Shown here: positions 41,752 through 52,512 of the stretch, piece after piece
How the letters are laid out: each line of letters opens with the position of its first letter
How positions within the stretch are numbered: the stretch's first letter is position 1
Source: Nematocida ausubeli
Taxonomy: Eukaryota
Length of the DNA: 64,000 bases
NCBI RefSeq assembly: GCF_000738915.1
Contig: NW_026515637.1
Location: 434,001 to 498,000, forward strand
Direction: 5' to 3'
Notes under the pieces: model-generated
The model's database searches: none
What the model was told of the DNA's origin: nothing
Seen by the model: the letters and a program-made list of their open reading frames with translations, nothing else
Made by a program: the position numbers and the translations under genes

Positions 41752-44478
41752 ATGAGGGCTGGATCTGTTGTAGCAGTACTGATGCATATTTGCTGCACCA
41801 TGGCAAAGCTTAGCCTGTCTGACTTGAAGTCTATCCAAAGCAGAGGTGTGTACAGCGGATTTGGTGGTGTTGTAATTATTAACCCGAACGGGCCCCTTAA
41901 CCTTCTCAGGGGCTATATATACAAGAGGCTGGGGCTTATGAATAATATGCGATTTTTTTCTCCTGGAATCAAAGTTAGTTATGAACTAACAGCAAATGAA
42001 AAAAAGGATGTAAACGGGAACATGTATATTTTCAAAAGAGAACTAGTCAAGGACAAAGCATACCAGACAAATAGCAGCACAAAAAAAGAAAAATATCTTA
42101 GTGAATATCACAAGAGAATTATTCTGATGTTTCCATCAACTCATGGGACTCTGTCAATTGAGACGGGAAGAGAAGACAGCTTCATAAGGCTAATTCGCCA
42201 TGAGTCTGTAAAACAGCATGCTCCATATATCCTGGCTGCCTTATGTCTTTTGGCAGAGGGCGTAGATGTGCAGCTGCAGCTGGAGAAAGTAGATACACAC
42301 AGAATGCTCGTTCTAAAAAACAAGAGCGGGAGCAAGACGTATTTCAGAATTAACATGACAATTGAAAAGTACAACATGGAGAAAGGAATAGTTGAGTACA
42401 GCTATCAAAGTGAGGCTGCCGAAATAGTAAGATTCTTTACAAAGAACGTGGACATGGCGCGCCAGAAAGAATACAAAGAGTTCACTCTGCCAGACAGTCT
42501 GGAGCAGCTGGAGACAGGAACATTTCTGTATGGAATGCAATTTCTAGTGCAAACATACATATTTGAAGTTATACATGAGGTGGAAGATGCATTTAATCTA
42601 ATTAGAGCTGCGGAAGCATTGCTGTGTGACCAGATATCATATGACAAAAAAGCAGGCACTAAAGAAGAAAACAGGATAGCAGAAGCTGTATTTGCAAAGT
42701 GCTTTGCACCAGTGGATATTTCTTTTGAAGCAGGAAGACCCATTAACACAGTGCAAATTCTGCAAAGTACAATTGAAAAGTATAAAGTATGCCCATTTCT
42801 CGATGCAGAGGAGCTGCCCATTAACATGCGCATACAGCTGCCTGCAATAGATACAAATGCAAATAGAAATCGGCTATTCCAAACATATAGTGACTGCGCT
42901 GAGACAGGCATGCTTGTGCTATTATGCTGCCTTACATACGATCAAAACACGCAGACGTACGAGACCAAGCACATTAGAGACCTGCCGAGCGCATTAGAAA
43001 ACTTCTTTGCCATATACAGCACGCCCTTCAATGGCTCAGATTTAAAAGTGCATATGGAGTGGTCCAGCGTTGTCACTTTTCTGAATGAAAGTGGAGTTGC
43101 ATATAAGCATGGAGGACATGAAATCATAAGCGGAATTCTAAACTTTTTGCTTGCAGTTTCTGCAGTTACAGGAAGGACTTATATTGACAGGCATGCTATT
43201 TCTAGGTTTTTGCAGGAAATAGCAGATTCGCCAGTCCTGCGAAAAAACTTCTTAAGCGACGTGAGTGAATTTACAGAAAACATGCTTATGCAGCTGTCAC
43301 TGAACAAAGACGTTCAGATTTCCTGCAGAAATCTATCATGCAGGGAAAGAACAGATAAAGTGCAAGATGTATTCGGAGAAATTATTTTAAGGTACAAAGG
43401 GTGCAGTGGTGAGGACCAATTAACAATATGGTTTGACAAGGGCCACACTAATGTAAGCTATGTCCCAGGAAGCAGACTAACTATAGGGCCTACAGTTGAA
43501 AGAATAGTAGCAGCCCTGGACATAGACAGAATAAAAAGCAAAGCATCCACGTTCATAGACTACCTAGTCATACACTACATAACCAAGACAGTTGAGGAAA
43601 TATACAATCAATCAGAAGAAAGTATTCCAGACAGTGCAATAAAGCAGCTGATTAATAATGAAAGAGAAGGGATCACCCGGATATTCATGCACAGAAAGAT
43701 CCAGGACACAAAATATAAGAGCAAACTGGTTGCATGCACTGCAATAAATGGAGTTGAACTTCCGTTAACTTCTGAGGATATATCACCCCGCTTTATCACA
43801 AACATCCTTGGAAGTGTTTTGCTTGGGGACAAGAAGATCCAAAGCATTATGCTCCCAAGCCTGATATACATAGGAGCCCAAAGGGACCTATACCCATACA
43901 TACAGCTAAAAATTGAGGACTACGAGTCAATTGCAGATTCCACCACAGAACACATAAATATTCTGACACATGTCCTTGACACAGGCTCAGATACAGTACT
44001 AATGAGGTGTCTGAAGATCCTTATAACAATCCCAAATTCATACTCATTTGCGTACGCCTCAAATGAGATGCGGGGAGTGCTAAAAAGAATATTCACGCAA
44101 CTTTTTGCAAACAATTCAACACAGAATGCAGCTGTGATTAAAAGATATTTAGAGAGTTCTTGGGGTCTTGATAAAATCATGACCAAAAAGATCCTGTATG
44201 CACTTTATGTCTATGTGTGCGAAGAGAAAGGTGAGATACCAGGCCTAATTTCAGCCGTGTACGATTTGCTTCCAAATTGGGGGTCTTCCATTTTTTTGAA
44301 ATGCAGCATGTCAAAGGACAAGTACACAACAGTTCTTAATATTCTTAAAAAGAAGAAAGAAGTGATGCCAGCAGCAGAGCAGGACACTGGGAAGATTGGT
44401 AATTTACTGACAATATTCATGCAAGCAAGAACATGGCCCCCAGAAAAAGACAAAAATCTATCTTTCATGCGCTATTAA
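41752..44478 (+). CDS. Secreted large-gene-family protein, resembling Nematocida NemLGF1-type proteins
   Basis: Signal peptide MRAGSVVAVLMHICCTMA. Motifs INPNGPLNLLRGYIY, MRFFSP, ILAALCLLAEGV and CAETGMLVLLCCLTY recall the expanded ~900-aa Nematocida family (family name from memory). Start moved to ATG 41752. Confidence 0.8.
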   Translation: MRAGSVVAVLMHICCTMAKLSLSDLKSIQSRGVYSGFGGVVIINPNGPLNLLRGYIYKRLGLMNNMRFFSPGIKVSYELTANEKKDVNGNMYIFKRELVKDKAYQTNSSTKKEKYLSEYHKRIILMFPSTHGTLSIETGREDSFIRLIRHESVKQHAPYILAALCLLAEGVDVQLQLEKVDTHRMLVLKNKSGSKTYFRINMTIEKYNMEKGIVEYSYQSEAAEIVRFFTKNVDMARQKEYKEFTLPDSLEQLETGTFLYGMQFLVQTYIFEVIHEVEDAFNLIRAAEALLCDQISYDKKAGTKEENRIAEAVFAKCFAPVDISFEAGRPINTVQILQSTIEKYKVCPFLDAEELPINMRIQLPAIDTNANRNRLFQTYSDCAETGMLVLLCCLTYDQNTQTYETKHIRDLPSALENFFAIYSTPFNGSDLKVHMEWSSVVTFLNESGVAYKHGGHEIISGILNFLLAVSAVTGRTYIDRHAISRFLQEIADSPVLRKNFLSDVSEFTENMLMQLSLNKDVQISCRNLSCRERTDKVQDVFGEIILRYKGCSGEDQLTIWFDKGHTNVSYVPGSRLTIGPTVERIVAALDIDRIKSKASTFIDYLVIHYITKTVEEIYNQSEESIPDSAIKQLINNEREGITRIFMHRKIQDTKYKSKLVACTAINGVELPLTSEDISPRFITNILGSVLLGDKKIQSIMLPSLIYIGAQRDLYPYIQLKIEDYESIADSTTEHINILTHVLDTGSDTVLMRCLKILITIPNSYSFAYASNEMRGVLKRIFTQLFANNSTQNAAVIKRYLESSWGLDKIMTKKILYALYVYVCEEKGEIPGLISAVYDLLPNWGSSIFLKCSMSKDKYTTVLNILKKKKEVMPAAEQDTGKIGNLLTIFMQARTWPPEKDKNLSFMRY

Positions 44479-44897
44479 TCTTATGCCTGGCATGCATAGC
44501 ATACAATTGCATTTTTGTCTTGTAATTCACTGCCTTATTAAGTAGGGCCTAATTCAACAGGATGTTCTGATGTTTAGGGCATTCGCGCTCATAAAGAAGT
44601 GTATCATACTGTATATCTTGCAGTAAAAGATGCCCTCTTTCTTAAGACCCAAATAATCCTGAAAATAAACAGAAACTTCCTACTTCCATCTTCAATAATA
44701 TGAGCCTAACTGGCATGCCCACAAGAAGGCGACATTCCAGCGAGGAGGCAGGAGCCTATAGCCGTATAGAGTTAGTTGTCACAGGAGTGTTATTTTTATA
44801 TTTACTATGTGGATATCTTTGGTGGCTCTGTCTTGTTTTTAATTATTCTATGAGGCAGGCCTAGAAAAAAGACAAAAATGAACTACTAGACTATTTA

Positions 44898-45926
44898 TTA
44901 ATAATCATCACCACGTGAGAGTACTTCAATGCCTGACTCGTTCACAAACAGAGTGTGCTCAAACTGGGCAACTAAAGAACCAGGCGAGTCATACAAAGGG
45001 GGATAGTCTTCTATGGCCCCTATTTTAGTAAGATACTTGATGTATGTGTCGGATGACTTATTTTCTACTTGGTCAATATATCTCTTGCAGAAGGGAAGGG
45101 TTGTAAAAGTGTTCTGAATGTACTTCATCAGGGATTTGCCCCCCTCAAGTGCAGAGTGCGCATGCGGGTTGTTAATCATATAATGAGAGCAGTCGCCCTT
45201 CTCATTCACATATCCACTTCCTGTGGTTGCAAAGGTCTCAATTGCAAAGAACTCGCCCGGCTGCATTCTTGACTTGTTACCGGAGTTCTTAATAATTGGG
45301 ACGTACTTTCCACCGTGTATTTTATACTGGTTGATGGAGTGTCCGTTTAAGTTGGTCACTGGCCTGATGGGAACAGGTCTCCCACCAATTTCTATTTCAT
45401 AGCTGCGAATAATCTCTTCTGCCTTTTCCCCAATCTCCCGGATCTGTGCGTCTGGTCCTGCTATCTTCAAGCACTCATAGACAGATTCACGGGCTGCAAG
45501 CAGCAGGTTATTGTAATCTGGGTTGAAGCACACAGTAAATGCAGAGTCAATAATGTACCCATTTACGTGCGTACCAAAGTCTACCTTTAGAACATCATTT
45601 GCTGTTAGAACAACAGGCTGTGACTTTGGGTTTGGGCTGTCATGAGCTGCACAGCTGTTCAAGGAGAGGCCTGTTGGGAATCCTATCCCTTTGTTGTACC
45701 CCTGCCCCAAAACAGTTCTTGTTCCATTTTCAATGAACTCTGCAATTTCCAGTAAAGTCATGCCTGGCTGGATGACTGATTGGATGTTCTGTCGCACCAT
45801 CTTGTGTGCCCTTGCTGCAATGCGCGCGCACTCCACAGGGGACATATTTCCTGTCTGCTCGTTAGTCAAAATGCACTCCATCTGTGGGGGCTCCACGCGG
45901 TTTATTACTTCCGGAAACATGGCCAT
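44898..45926 (-). CDS. MAP2: Methionine aminopeptidase 2 (fumagillin target)
   Basis: FPTGLSLNSCAAH, KVDFGTHVNGYIIDSAFT, NLNGHSI, AIETFATTG and AQFEHT; lacks the long N-terminal extension. Start is ATG 45926 or 45920; the longer track ORF crosses the tRNA. Confidence 0.96.
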   Translation of the reverse strand: MAMFPEVINRVEPPQMECILTNEQTGNMSPVECARIAARAHKMVRQNIQSVIQPGMTLLEIAEFIENGTRTVLGQGYNKGIGFPTGLSLNSCAAHDSPNPKSQPVVLTANDVLKVDFGTHVNGYIIDSAFTVCFNPDYNNLLLAARESVYECLKIAGPDAQIREIGEKAEEIIRSYEIEIGGRPVPIRPVTNLNGHSINQYKIHGGKYVPIIKNSGNKSRMQPGEFFAIETFATTGSGYVNEKGDCSHYMINNPHAHSALEGGKSLMKYIQNTFTTLPFCKRYIDQVENKSSDTYIKYLTKIGAIEDYPPLYDSPGSLVAQFEHTLFVNESGIEVLSRGDDY

Positions 45927-45952
45927 AAAAAATAGCAAAAATTTATAAAAAA

Positions 45953-46045
45953 TCTCCTGAGATGGAGTCGAACCACCGACCTCGCGATAACCCCAATGGG
46001 AAACCATTTCTACAGTCGCATGCTCTACCACTGAGCTATCAGGAG
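45953..46045 (-). tRNA. tRNA-Tyr(GUA) with 21-nt intron (45989-46009)
   Basis: Minus strand reads CTCCTGA TA GCTC AGTGGTA GAGC A TGCGA CT GTA G [aaatggtttcccattggggtt] A TCGCG AGGTC GGTGG TTCGACT CCATC TCAGGAG A. The intron is at the canonical 37/38 position. Confidence 0.93.
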
Positions 46046-46125
46046 ACACTAACCGAGCACGCGGAGGGGTCTTCTCGGGCAGGCCCTTCTGTATAAAGCA
46101 TAGAAGAAGAAGCTGCAAATTTTTT

Positions 46126-47295
46126 ATGGACAGGGCAGAGGAAATTAGCAGAAGGCTGGTGCACAGCGGCAGGGCAGGAGTGGAGACAACACTGCAGGTG
46201 CAGTCTGCGCTCATCAGCAAGAATAAGTTTCTGCCTGACCTGGGACACAATTTCTATGCATATCTCAGGAGAAGGATAGAGATGATGTGCGATTCGCAGG
46301 AATATGCAATTAATGCGTTAGAGTGCGTGCACAAGCAAACATACTGCGGGATGGTCATGCAGGCACAAAATGCATACTATCTGCTGGGCGTGCAGCCAGA
46401 CCACTCCACAGTGCTCATGCAGCTGGATATGTCTGAGCTTCCAGAGTACACGATCTACCCAGGGCAGATAATTGAAGTGTCTGGCACGAATATAATTGGA
46501 GATGAAATTGTTGCAGACTCTGTCCTGTACAACAGGATATTCCAAAACCTGGAAATAGCCCCAAAAGAAGGGAAGTTTACGCTTACTGTAATTGACGAAA
46601 AGAGGGTGCAGAGTGCACAGCCTCTGGCCTCTGAGGGGATAGATGAATATGCGCACATCCTGGATATAGTGAGGGGCAGTCAGTCAGATCTTGTGGTGAT
46701 CTTTGGGGACTTGTCTTGTGAGGCACGAAAAGTGTGCAAGGAAATTGCAACTGCAAAAAGAACAAGAATTTTATGCGTACCGTACATAGATGGAATTGAG
46801 TCTTCCATGGCGTATCCTACAGAGTACACAAGCAAGGCAGCAGGATATAATATGCCTGCATCTGAGAATCAGGAGTGGATGCCTAATTTGTACGATGTGA
46901 GCAGCTGCTTTTTTGCTGAGCTGCAGAACCCAAGCATGGTCTGCTTCAATGGGGTGCTGCTAGCACTGACTACCTTGGATGTGCTGCTGGGGATATCCCG
47001 GAAAGAGGTTAGCAGGAACAGAGGGGAAAGGATGGATGATATTTTAGTGCACAGCGTATACCAAAGCACATTCCTTCCTTTTATACCGCAGGATGTTCCT
47101 GTTGACTACTCAGTGTTTAATGCCTTCCTGTGGGCATACTCCCCGGATATGTATATATTTCCAACATGCTTGTCTGCAAGACCTGATAACATATGCAGCA
47201 CGCATGTTATTCCCGCGTGCACAGGAAGCATGGAGCTGCACGTAGAGTGCACTGCTGATGAAAGGGTCACTGTTCGGGTTGCGCGGGATTCATGA
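46126..47295 (+). CDS. POL12: DNA polymerase alpha subunit B
   Basis: OB-fold motif IYPGQIIEVSGTN; phosphoesterase-like half with NPSMVCFNGV, QSTFLP and PDMYIFP; TATAAA about 30 bp upstream. Confidence 0.75.
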   Translation: MDRAEEISRRLVHSGRAGVETTLQVQSALISKNKFLPDLGHNFYAYLRRRIEMMCDSQEYAINALECVHKQTYCGMVMQAQNAYYLLGVQPDHSTVLMQLDMSELPEYTIYPGQIIEVSGTNIIGDEIVADSVLYNRIFQNLEIAPKEGKFTLTVIDEKRVQSAQPLASEGIDEYAHILDIVRGSQSDLVVIFGDLSCEARKVCKEIATAKRTRILCVPYIDGIESSMAYPTEYTSKAAGYNMPASENQEWMPNLYDVSSCFFAELQNPSMVCFNGVLLALTTLDVLLGISRKEVSRNRGERMDDILVHSVYQSTFLPFIPQDVPVDYSVFNAFLWAYSPDMYIFPTCLSARPDNICSTHVIPACTGSMELHVECTADERVTVRVARDS

Positions 47296-47964
47296 AGCAT
47301 GCACTGCGGCAGGGATATAACTGCCGGATTAAGTTGAAGTTCATTATAAATGGCTTAGTGCTGCATAGATTCTGGTGGTTTTTGTTATGCCTGCAGTAGT
47401 TAGTGGTATATCCTGTGGTTTTAGCATGCCTTCCTCTTTGATCTGTCACCTGGGAAGTTGAAAGTCTTTGCGCAAGAAGTGTTTTATGCATGAAAATACT
47501 CCCTCTCCTTGAAATTAGAAGTATTCAATGAAAGTGTCTGAGTAGACTGTTTTAGCAAGAATATGCACTGCATAAAGGAAAAAGAATAATTCACTACAGT
47601 AAGCAGTCACTCAATTAATATATGAAGAGAATAAAATACATACTTATAGAAATACTTAAAGAATAAAGAAATGTGCCCTCCTTATATACAGTATCCATCT
47701 ACTTCTTGCTGGAGACACCATATACTTCTCTATGCCAATTATATCCATGTGCACATGCAGATAGAATAGATGTCTTATTGCAGTCGGATATTCTTTCATT
47801 TTATGGAAGACCTCATCTGCATTCAAGCCTGTTATTTCTGGTGCTTATAGTGTACACTAAAGATGCACATCTTTCATGTATATTTCTGCACTTCTTATTG
47901 TTAGTGAATAATTTAGCAGTTACTGCACACATAAGAGACAAAAAAATTGCAGACAGTAAAAAAT

Positions 47965-50349
47965 ATGACAACGCATAAAGAACGAGTAGACAAAAGAATA
48001 CTCAGCTTGTTGGAGAATAGTGTAAAAATGAAGCACAGATCCATTATTGGCGTGAGCGGTAAGGTGAAGGACGTAGTGCACCACATACACTCTCTTCTCT
48101 CCAGATATACCGTGCGGCCTACTGTTCTGTGGGTGTACGAAAAAGAGCTTGAAGCAAAGACGCACAAAATAGGCCAAGCCAAAAAACGGAAGAATGCAGG
48201 GGAGGCGGCTCTCTCTAACTTTGAGTCTTTTGTTGTAAACACAGAGATAAACTATGTATTCCACAGTGAAGCAGAGAAAGTGCTTGGAACTAGCACTGAT
48301 TTTTGTGTTCTGCAAGACTTCTCCAAAATAAAGGCAAATGCCTTAGCAAGTGTTGTGGAAAGTGTCAGAGGTGGGGGTCTTATCCTTCTGCCCATTGAAG
48401 AAACAGACAGCATATACACAAAAAGGCTATACCATCTTCTGCAGTCCGCAGACAACTATGCCATCCTGGATACGCAGCTAAATGTAATACACGAGGCAAG
48501 CACCACCCAGGGAGTGTGCTCTGCAGAGAATGATGCAAACGTAGTGAACCAAATGGAAGGAAGAATCCAGCAAGTTAAAGAAGCAGCAAATATTCTTAAT
48601 CCACTTAGCGTGATGAGTGCGAACAGCACAGCCCGCCTCATGAAGCAGTGCAAAACACAGGACCAGGCAGAGGCAGTTTTATCTCTCTCTGAGGCAATAG
48701 ATAAAAGGTCCTTAGTGGCCATTACAGCAGACAGAGGGCGTGGTAAGTCTGCAGCTCTTGGTCTTTCCGTTGCACACGCGGTTGTGAAGGGAATGAATGA
48801 TATCCTTATTTCTGCACCGCATCTTTCAAACGTCCAAACTCTTTTTGAGTTTATTGTGGTAGGCCTTACAGAGAATGGGTACAGAGAACAATTTGACTTT
48901 TTTGTGGAGTACTCAAAGGCATACAAGAAATCCATTGAGAAAATATCCATCTCAAAGACGCACTACCAGACGATTCGGTTTATCACCCCACAGATACTCT
49001 CGCACGCGCCTTCCATGCTTGTTGTGGATGAAGCAGCTGCGATTCCCCTGCCAATTCTTCGGGGGATGCTTGGTGTGTACCCTGTCATGATATCCTCGAC
49101 AACGGCTGGATATGAAGGAACAGGACAGGCTCTTTCCTTGAAGCTATTTAAGACCCTGCGCCCAGAGATCATCCATCTTGAAGAGCCGATACGTTACAGC
49201 AAGAAGGACCCAGTTGAGGCGTGGCTGAACAATGCGCTTTCTCTTTCCCCAGAGATCCCAAAGATGATCACTTTCCCACCACAAAACAAATGCCAGATGT
49301 ACAGCGTAAACAAAGCCCTTCTTTTCTCTGGAAACCCAGAAACAGAAAGAATTCTTAGGGCACTTGCAAGTATCCTCCTTTCAGGGCACTACAAAAACAG
49401 TCCAAATGACCTGCAGATTCTTGCTGATGACGAACACCATACTTTAATTGTGCTTCTCACAGAGGACGGAAGAGTGCTTGCTCTGGCGCAGTGCGTTAAA
49501 GAAGGAAGTAGATCTGCCTTGCATGAAACCCAGAAAATGTACAACGAAAAGAGGCAGGAAATGGGCCATCTCATTCCATGGTCACTTTCCCAGTACTTCC
49601 TGGACATGGAGATATTCAAGCAGGCAGGCCTGCGCGTGATCAGAATGGCAGTGCACCCAGATGCACAGTCCATGGGATACGGCTCACACCTCATGCAGCA
49701 GATCATTAGTGCTGCACAGAAGGGGGAAGAGACAGCAGAAAGCGCAGCTGAAAAACAAGCAGTTCTTTTCTCTGCTGTCCGTCTTCCACAGATGGACTAT
49801 GTAGGAGTATCATTTGGTGTCACGGAAAGACTTCTTCCTTTCTGGATGCGTCTGGGGATGCACGCCGTCTACTTAAAGCACACTCTCTGCAAGACAACAG
49901 GAGAGCACTCTTTAATTATGATGCGCGGCCTCAATGAAACAGCCCAGGCCAAGATTGAGGCGTATCGCCGGGAATTTACTGAAAGATTCCTTGAGCTGCT
50001 CCCTGGGTGCTTTAGCACTGTCTCTGCACTTGTTGCCCTTCAGATTATAACCCCTCTGCAGGACTCCATGAAGACGTTCAAAGAGGCACAAATTAAGCGC
50101 ATGGAGCAATTCTCACGGTGCAATTTAGACCTGCGCCTAGTTGCTGACCTTCTCCCACAACTCGCTAAGGAGGTCCTAAAGACACAAGGACAGACAGTCT
50201 CCACCACACAGAAAATCATCCTCCTTGGGATGGGGCTGCAGCACAAGTCAATAGAGACAGTTTCAAAGGAACTAAAACTACAAGCATCCCAGGTGAAAAT
50301 GCTAATTGCAAAGGCAATGGCTTCTCTCTCTGGCTCTCTCCAGGAATAA
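47965..50349 (+). CDS. KRE33: RNA cytidine acetyltransferase NAT10/Kre33
   Basis: VLQDF, VESVRGGG, Walker A TADRGRGKSAALG, VDEAAAIP, GYEGTG, HYKNSPNDLQ and GNAT RMAVHPDAQSMGYGS. Start moved to ATG 47965. Confidence 0.95.
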   Translation: MTTHKERVDKRILSLLENSVKMKHRSIIGVSGKVKDVVHHIHSLLSRYTVRPTVLWVYEKELEAKTHKIGQAKKRKNAGEAALSNFESFVVNTEINYVFHSEAEKVLGTSTDFCVLQDFSKIKANALASVVESVRGGGLILLPIEETDSIYTKRLYHLLQSADNYAILDTQLNVIHEASTTQGVCSAENDANVVNQMEGRIQQVKEAANILNPLSVMSANSTARLMKQCKTQDQAEAVLSLSEAIDKRSLVAITADRGRGKSAALGLSVAHAVVKGMNDILISAPHLSNVQTLFEFIVVGLTENGYREQFDFFVEYSKAYKKSIEKISISKTHYQTIRFITPQILSHAPSMLVVDEAAAIPLPILRGMLGVYPVMISSTTAGYEGTGQALSLKLFKTLRPEIIHLEEPIRYSKKDPVEAWLNNALSLSPEIPKMITFPPQNKCQMYSVNKALLFSGNPETERILRALASILLSGHYKNSPNDLQILADDEHHTLIVLLTEDGRVLALAQCVKEGSRSALHETQKMYNEKRQEMGHLIPWSLSQYFLDMEIFKQAGLRVIRMAVHPDAQSMGYGSHLMQQIISAAQKGEETAESAAEKQAVLFSAVRLPQMDYVGVSFGVTERLLPFWMRLGMHAVYLKHTLCKTTGEHSLIMMRGLNETAQAKIEAYRREFTERFLELLPGCFSTVSALVALQIITPLQDSMKTFKEAQIKRMEQFSRCNLDLRLVADLLPQLAKEVLKTQGQTVSTTQKIILLGMGLQHKSIETVSKELKLQASQVKMLIAKAMASLSGSLQE

Positions 50350-50400
50350 ATGTCTTTTGCTAATTTTAAAGCAGCACAGCCGTTTTTGCATTTTATTTTT

Positions 50401-52242
50401 ATGGCCGTAAGAAACAAGATACACGCTATTTTGGAGTCTTTGGAGGGCAGGCCAAAACCCTCCGTATATGACGTGGAATATTGCATGGATGAGGCAGACA
50501 AAGAGATCATGCTGTATTTGCAAGAGAGGCACCCAATGGTCACTGAGGAAATATATGAGCTAGTGATTGACAGACTCGAAAAAGAGCACCACTTTCTGCA
50601 GAGAATCGCAGTGACAAAAATCTCAGAGTGCGACGAACTTGCAGAGGAGTGCAATATATGCGGGGGCATGGAGACAGAAGACGATAACTTTCTTATTTTC
50701 TGCGATAGCTGCAATATTGCAGTGCACCAGTCTTGCTATGGAGTGCCCCATATTCCAGAGGGCAGCTGGCTCTGCCGTCCGTGCTTGCTCTCCCCGAATA
50801 AGCAGATCAGCTGCGTCTTGTGCTCTGCTTCTGGCGGGGCGTACAAGAGAACCAGAAATGGGGCATGGTGCCACGTGCTGTGTGGTCTTCTTGTTCCGGG
50901 TGCTCGGTTTGAAAATCTCTCTCTGGTTGAGCCCGTTGACATAGAAGACGTATACAGAAGCCAGCACCAATGCAGTGCATGCGGGTTCAAAAAAGGAGGG
51001 GTAGCCCCGTGTGCATACTACGGGTGTCGCAGATACTACCATGCAACGTGCGCAGTAAAGAGCGAAAGATACATTGATGTGGCAAATGGGATTCTATTCT
51101 GCCTTGATCACGATCCAAAAAGAAAGGCAGAGGGACTTCTGACACGGTCTCCAGATGGAAACTATCCCGTTCTGGAGAATACGCCTGTAATACACAGTCT
51201 GGTTCCGCTGTGGAAACCGCAGCGACGTGTGCACGCAGGAATTGAAAGTGTGCCTGCCCAGGTATGTGACTATGTGATTAATAGAATTGCAGAGAGAGAT
51301 CTTTCTGCACACAAAAATGCGCATATGTTCATTCGGGATATGTACGCCGTGTGGCAGACACGAAAAAAGGAAAGACCCATTATAAAGAGACTTCGGCTAG
51401 ACTCGCCTGCTGATGGGTTTAAAAAATGGGGCACGCGGGTTCTCCCAAAAATAGAAATAATTCAGAGGGAGACCCACATACTGGACATGTTCAAGATGCC
51501 GCAGGAGATTGTTCTTCCAAGCGCAGAAAAGTATATGTACGAGGTATATGCAGTAGCTTCGTATAAAATGCAAAAACTCACAGAAACTGCAGAAAGGACA
51601 GCACACAATATACACAAGGGTATTGCAGAAATGCAAAAGAACCACGTGAACTTGATCTCCCGGATGATTGATGGATACGGACAGATGCAAATACTACTGG
51701 ATGCACTTGAAAGAATGGACAGACACAGTCTGTTCATGGATCAAATTACAGACAGTATTGCCCCTGGGTACTCCTCCATAGTTAAAGTGCCTATTTCTTT
51801 CAGTCTCATCCAGAAGAAAATTGACAGGCTGAAGTACAAGTCATTCGGGGAGGTTGTCAAAGATGTTGAGCTTCTTATTAGCAATGCATATGCATACAAC
51901 GGGCATGACTCCTTCATTGGCATAGAGACACGCCGGATAGAAGAAACACTTTCTGTCTACACACTGAAAGAAGGTGACATAGTGCTTGCACGTATCCTTC
52001 CAAGGCCATACCTTCCGTATGTAATTATTTGCTCTACCTTGGAGGATATCCATGATGCAGTGAAAATAAGAGATATATTAACAGGAGAGGAGCATTTGAT
52101 TGAGAGGTGCAGAATATTAAAGATAGACTCTACAAGTGACCTGACAGCAGGCCTGCGCAAAATGAATCAAATAACTGGAATATCACATCTCCATGAAAGA
52201 GAGCAGGCAAAGTATGCAAATGCGTGTACGTTTAAGAAATAA
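50401..52242 (+). CDS. BRPF/Nto1-like chromatin reader (EPC-N, PHD-Zn knuckle-PHD, bromodomain)
   Basis: VEYCMDEAD, CNIC..FCDSCNIAVHQSCYGV..WLCRPC, WCHVLC, YHATCA, FCLDH; bromodomain APGYSSIVKVP...NAYAYN. Probable start ATG 50401. Confidence 0.9.
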   Translation: MAVRNKIHAILESLEGRPKPSVYDVEYCMDEADKEIMLYLQERHPMVTEEIYELVIDRLEKEHHFLQRIAVTKISECDELAEECNICGGMETEDDNFLIFCDSCNIAVHQSCYGVPHIPEGSWLCRPCLLSPNKQISCVLCSASGGAYKRTRNGAWCHVLCGLLVPGARFENLSLVEPVDIEDVYRSQHQCSACGFKKGGVAPCAYYGCRRYYHATCAVKSERYIDVANGILFCLDHDPKRKAEGLLTRSPDGNYPVLENTPVIHSLVPLWKPQRRVHAGIESVPAQVCDYVINRIAERDLSAHKNAHMFIRDMYAVWQTRKKERPIIKRLRLDSPADGFKKWGTRVLPKIEIIQRETHILDMFKMPQEIVLPSAEKYMYEVYAVASYKMQKLTETAERTAHNIHKGIAEMQKNHVNLISRMIDGYGQMQILLDALERMDRHSLFMDQITDSIAPGYSSIVKVPISFSLIQKKIDRLKYKSFGEVVKDVELLISNAYAYNGHDSFIGIETRRIEETLSVYTLKEGDIVLARILPRPYLPYVIICSTLEDIHDAVKIRDILTGEEHLIERCRILKIDSTSDLTAGLRKMNQITGISHLHEREQAKYANACTFKK

Positions 52243-52512
52243 ATGCAATAGTTTGTCTAGAAAGATCTTTCCACTTTTTCAGATTATTGAAGTACTTATA
52301 TTTTTGTACGCTTTGGTTTATCTGAATATGCAGCAGGCTAAGAAGTATTTATTTCATTTTTATAAAAATAAAACCCTTCATAAGGACTGTGTACGCTTTA
52401 CTACACTATAAAATATGAAAATATTTAAAATAAATTGAAACAAGCTACATGTGATCTGGCATAAAATAAGTCATTTATTAATAGTTTACTGAATACTTAC
52501 CAATTTGTCGTA

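Noticed and set aside
44700..44790. GC-richer spacer considered as SRP RNA or snoRNA
   Set aside because: Only weak pairings; no complete SRP helix-8 or box motifs.
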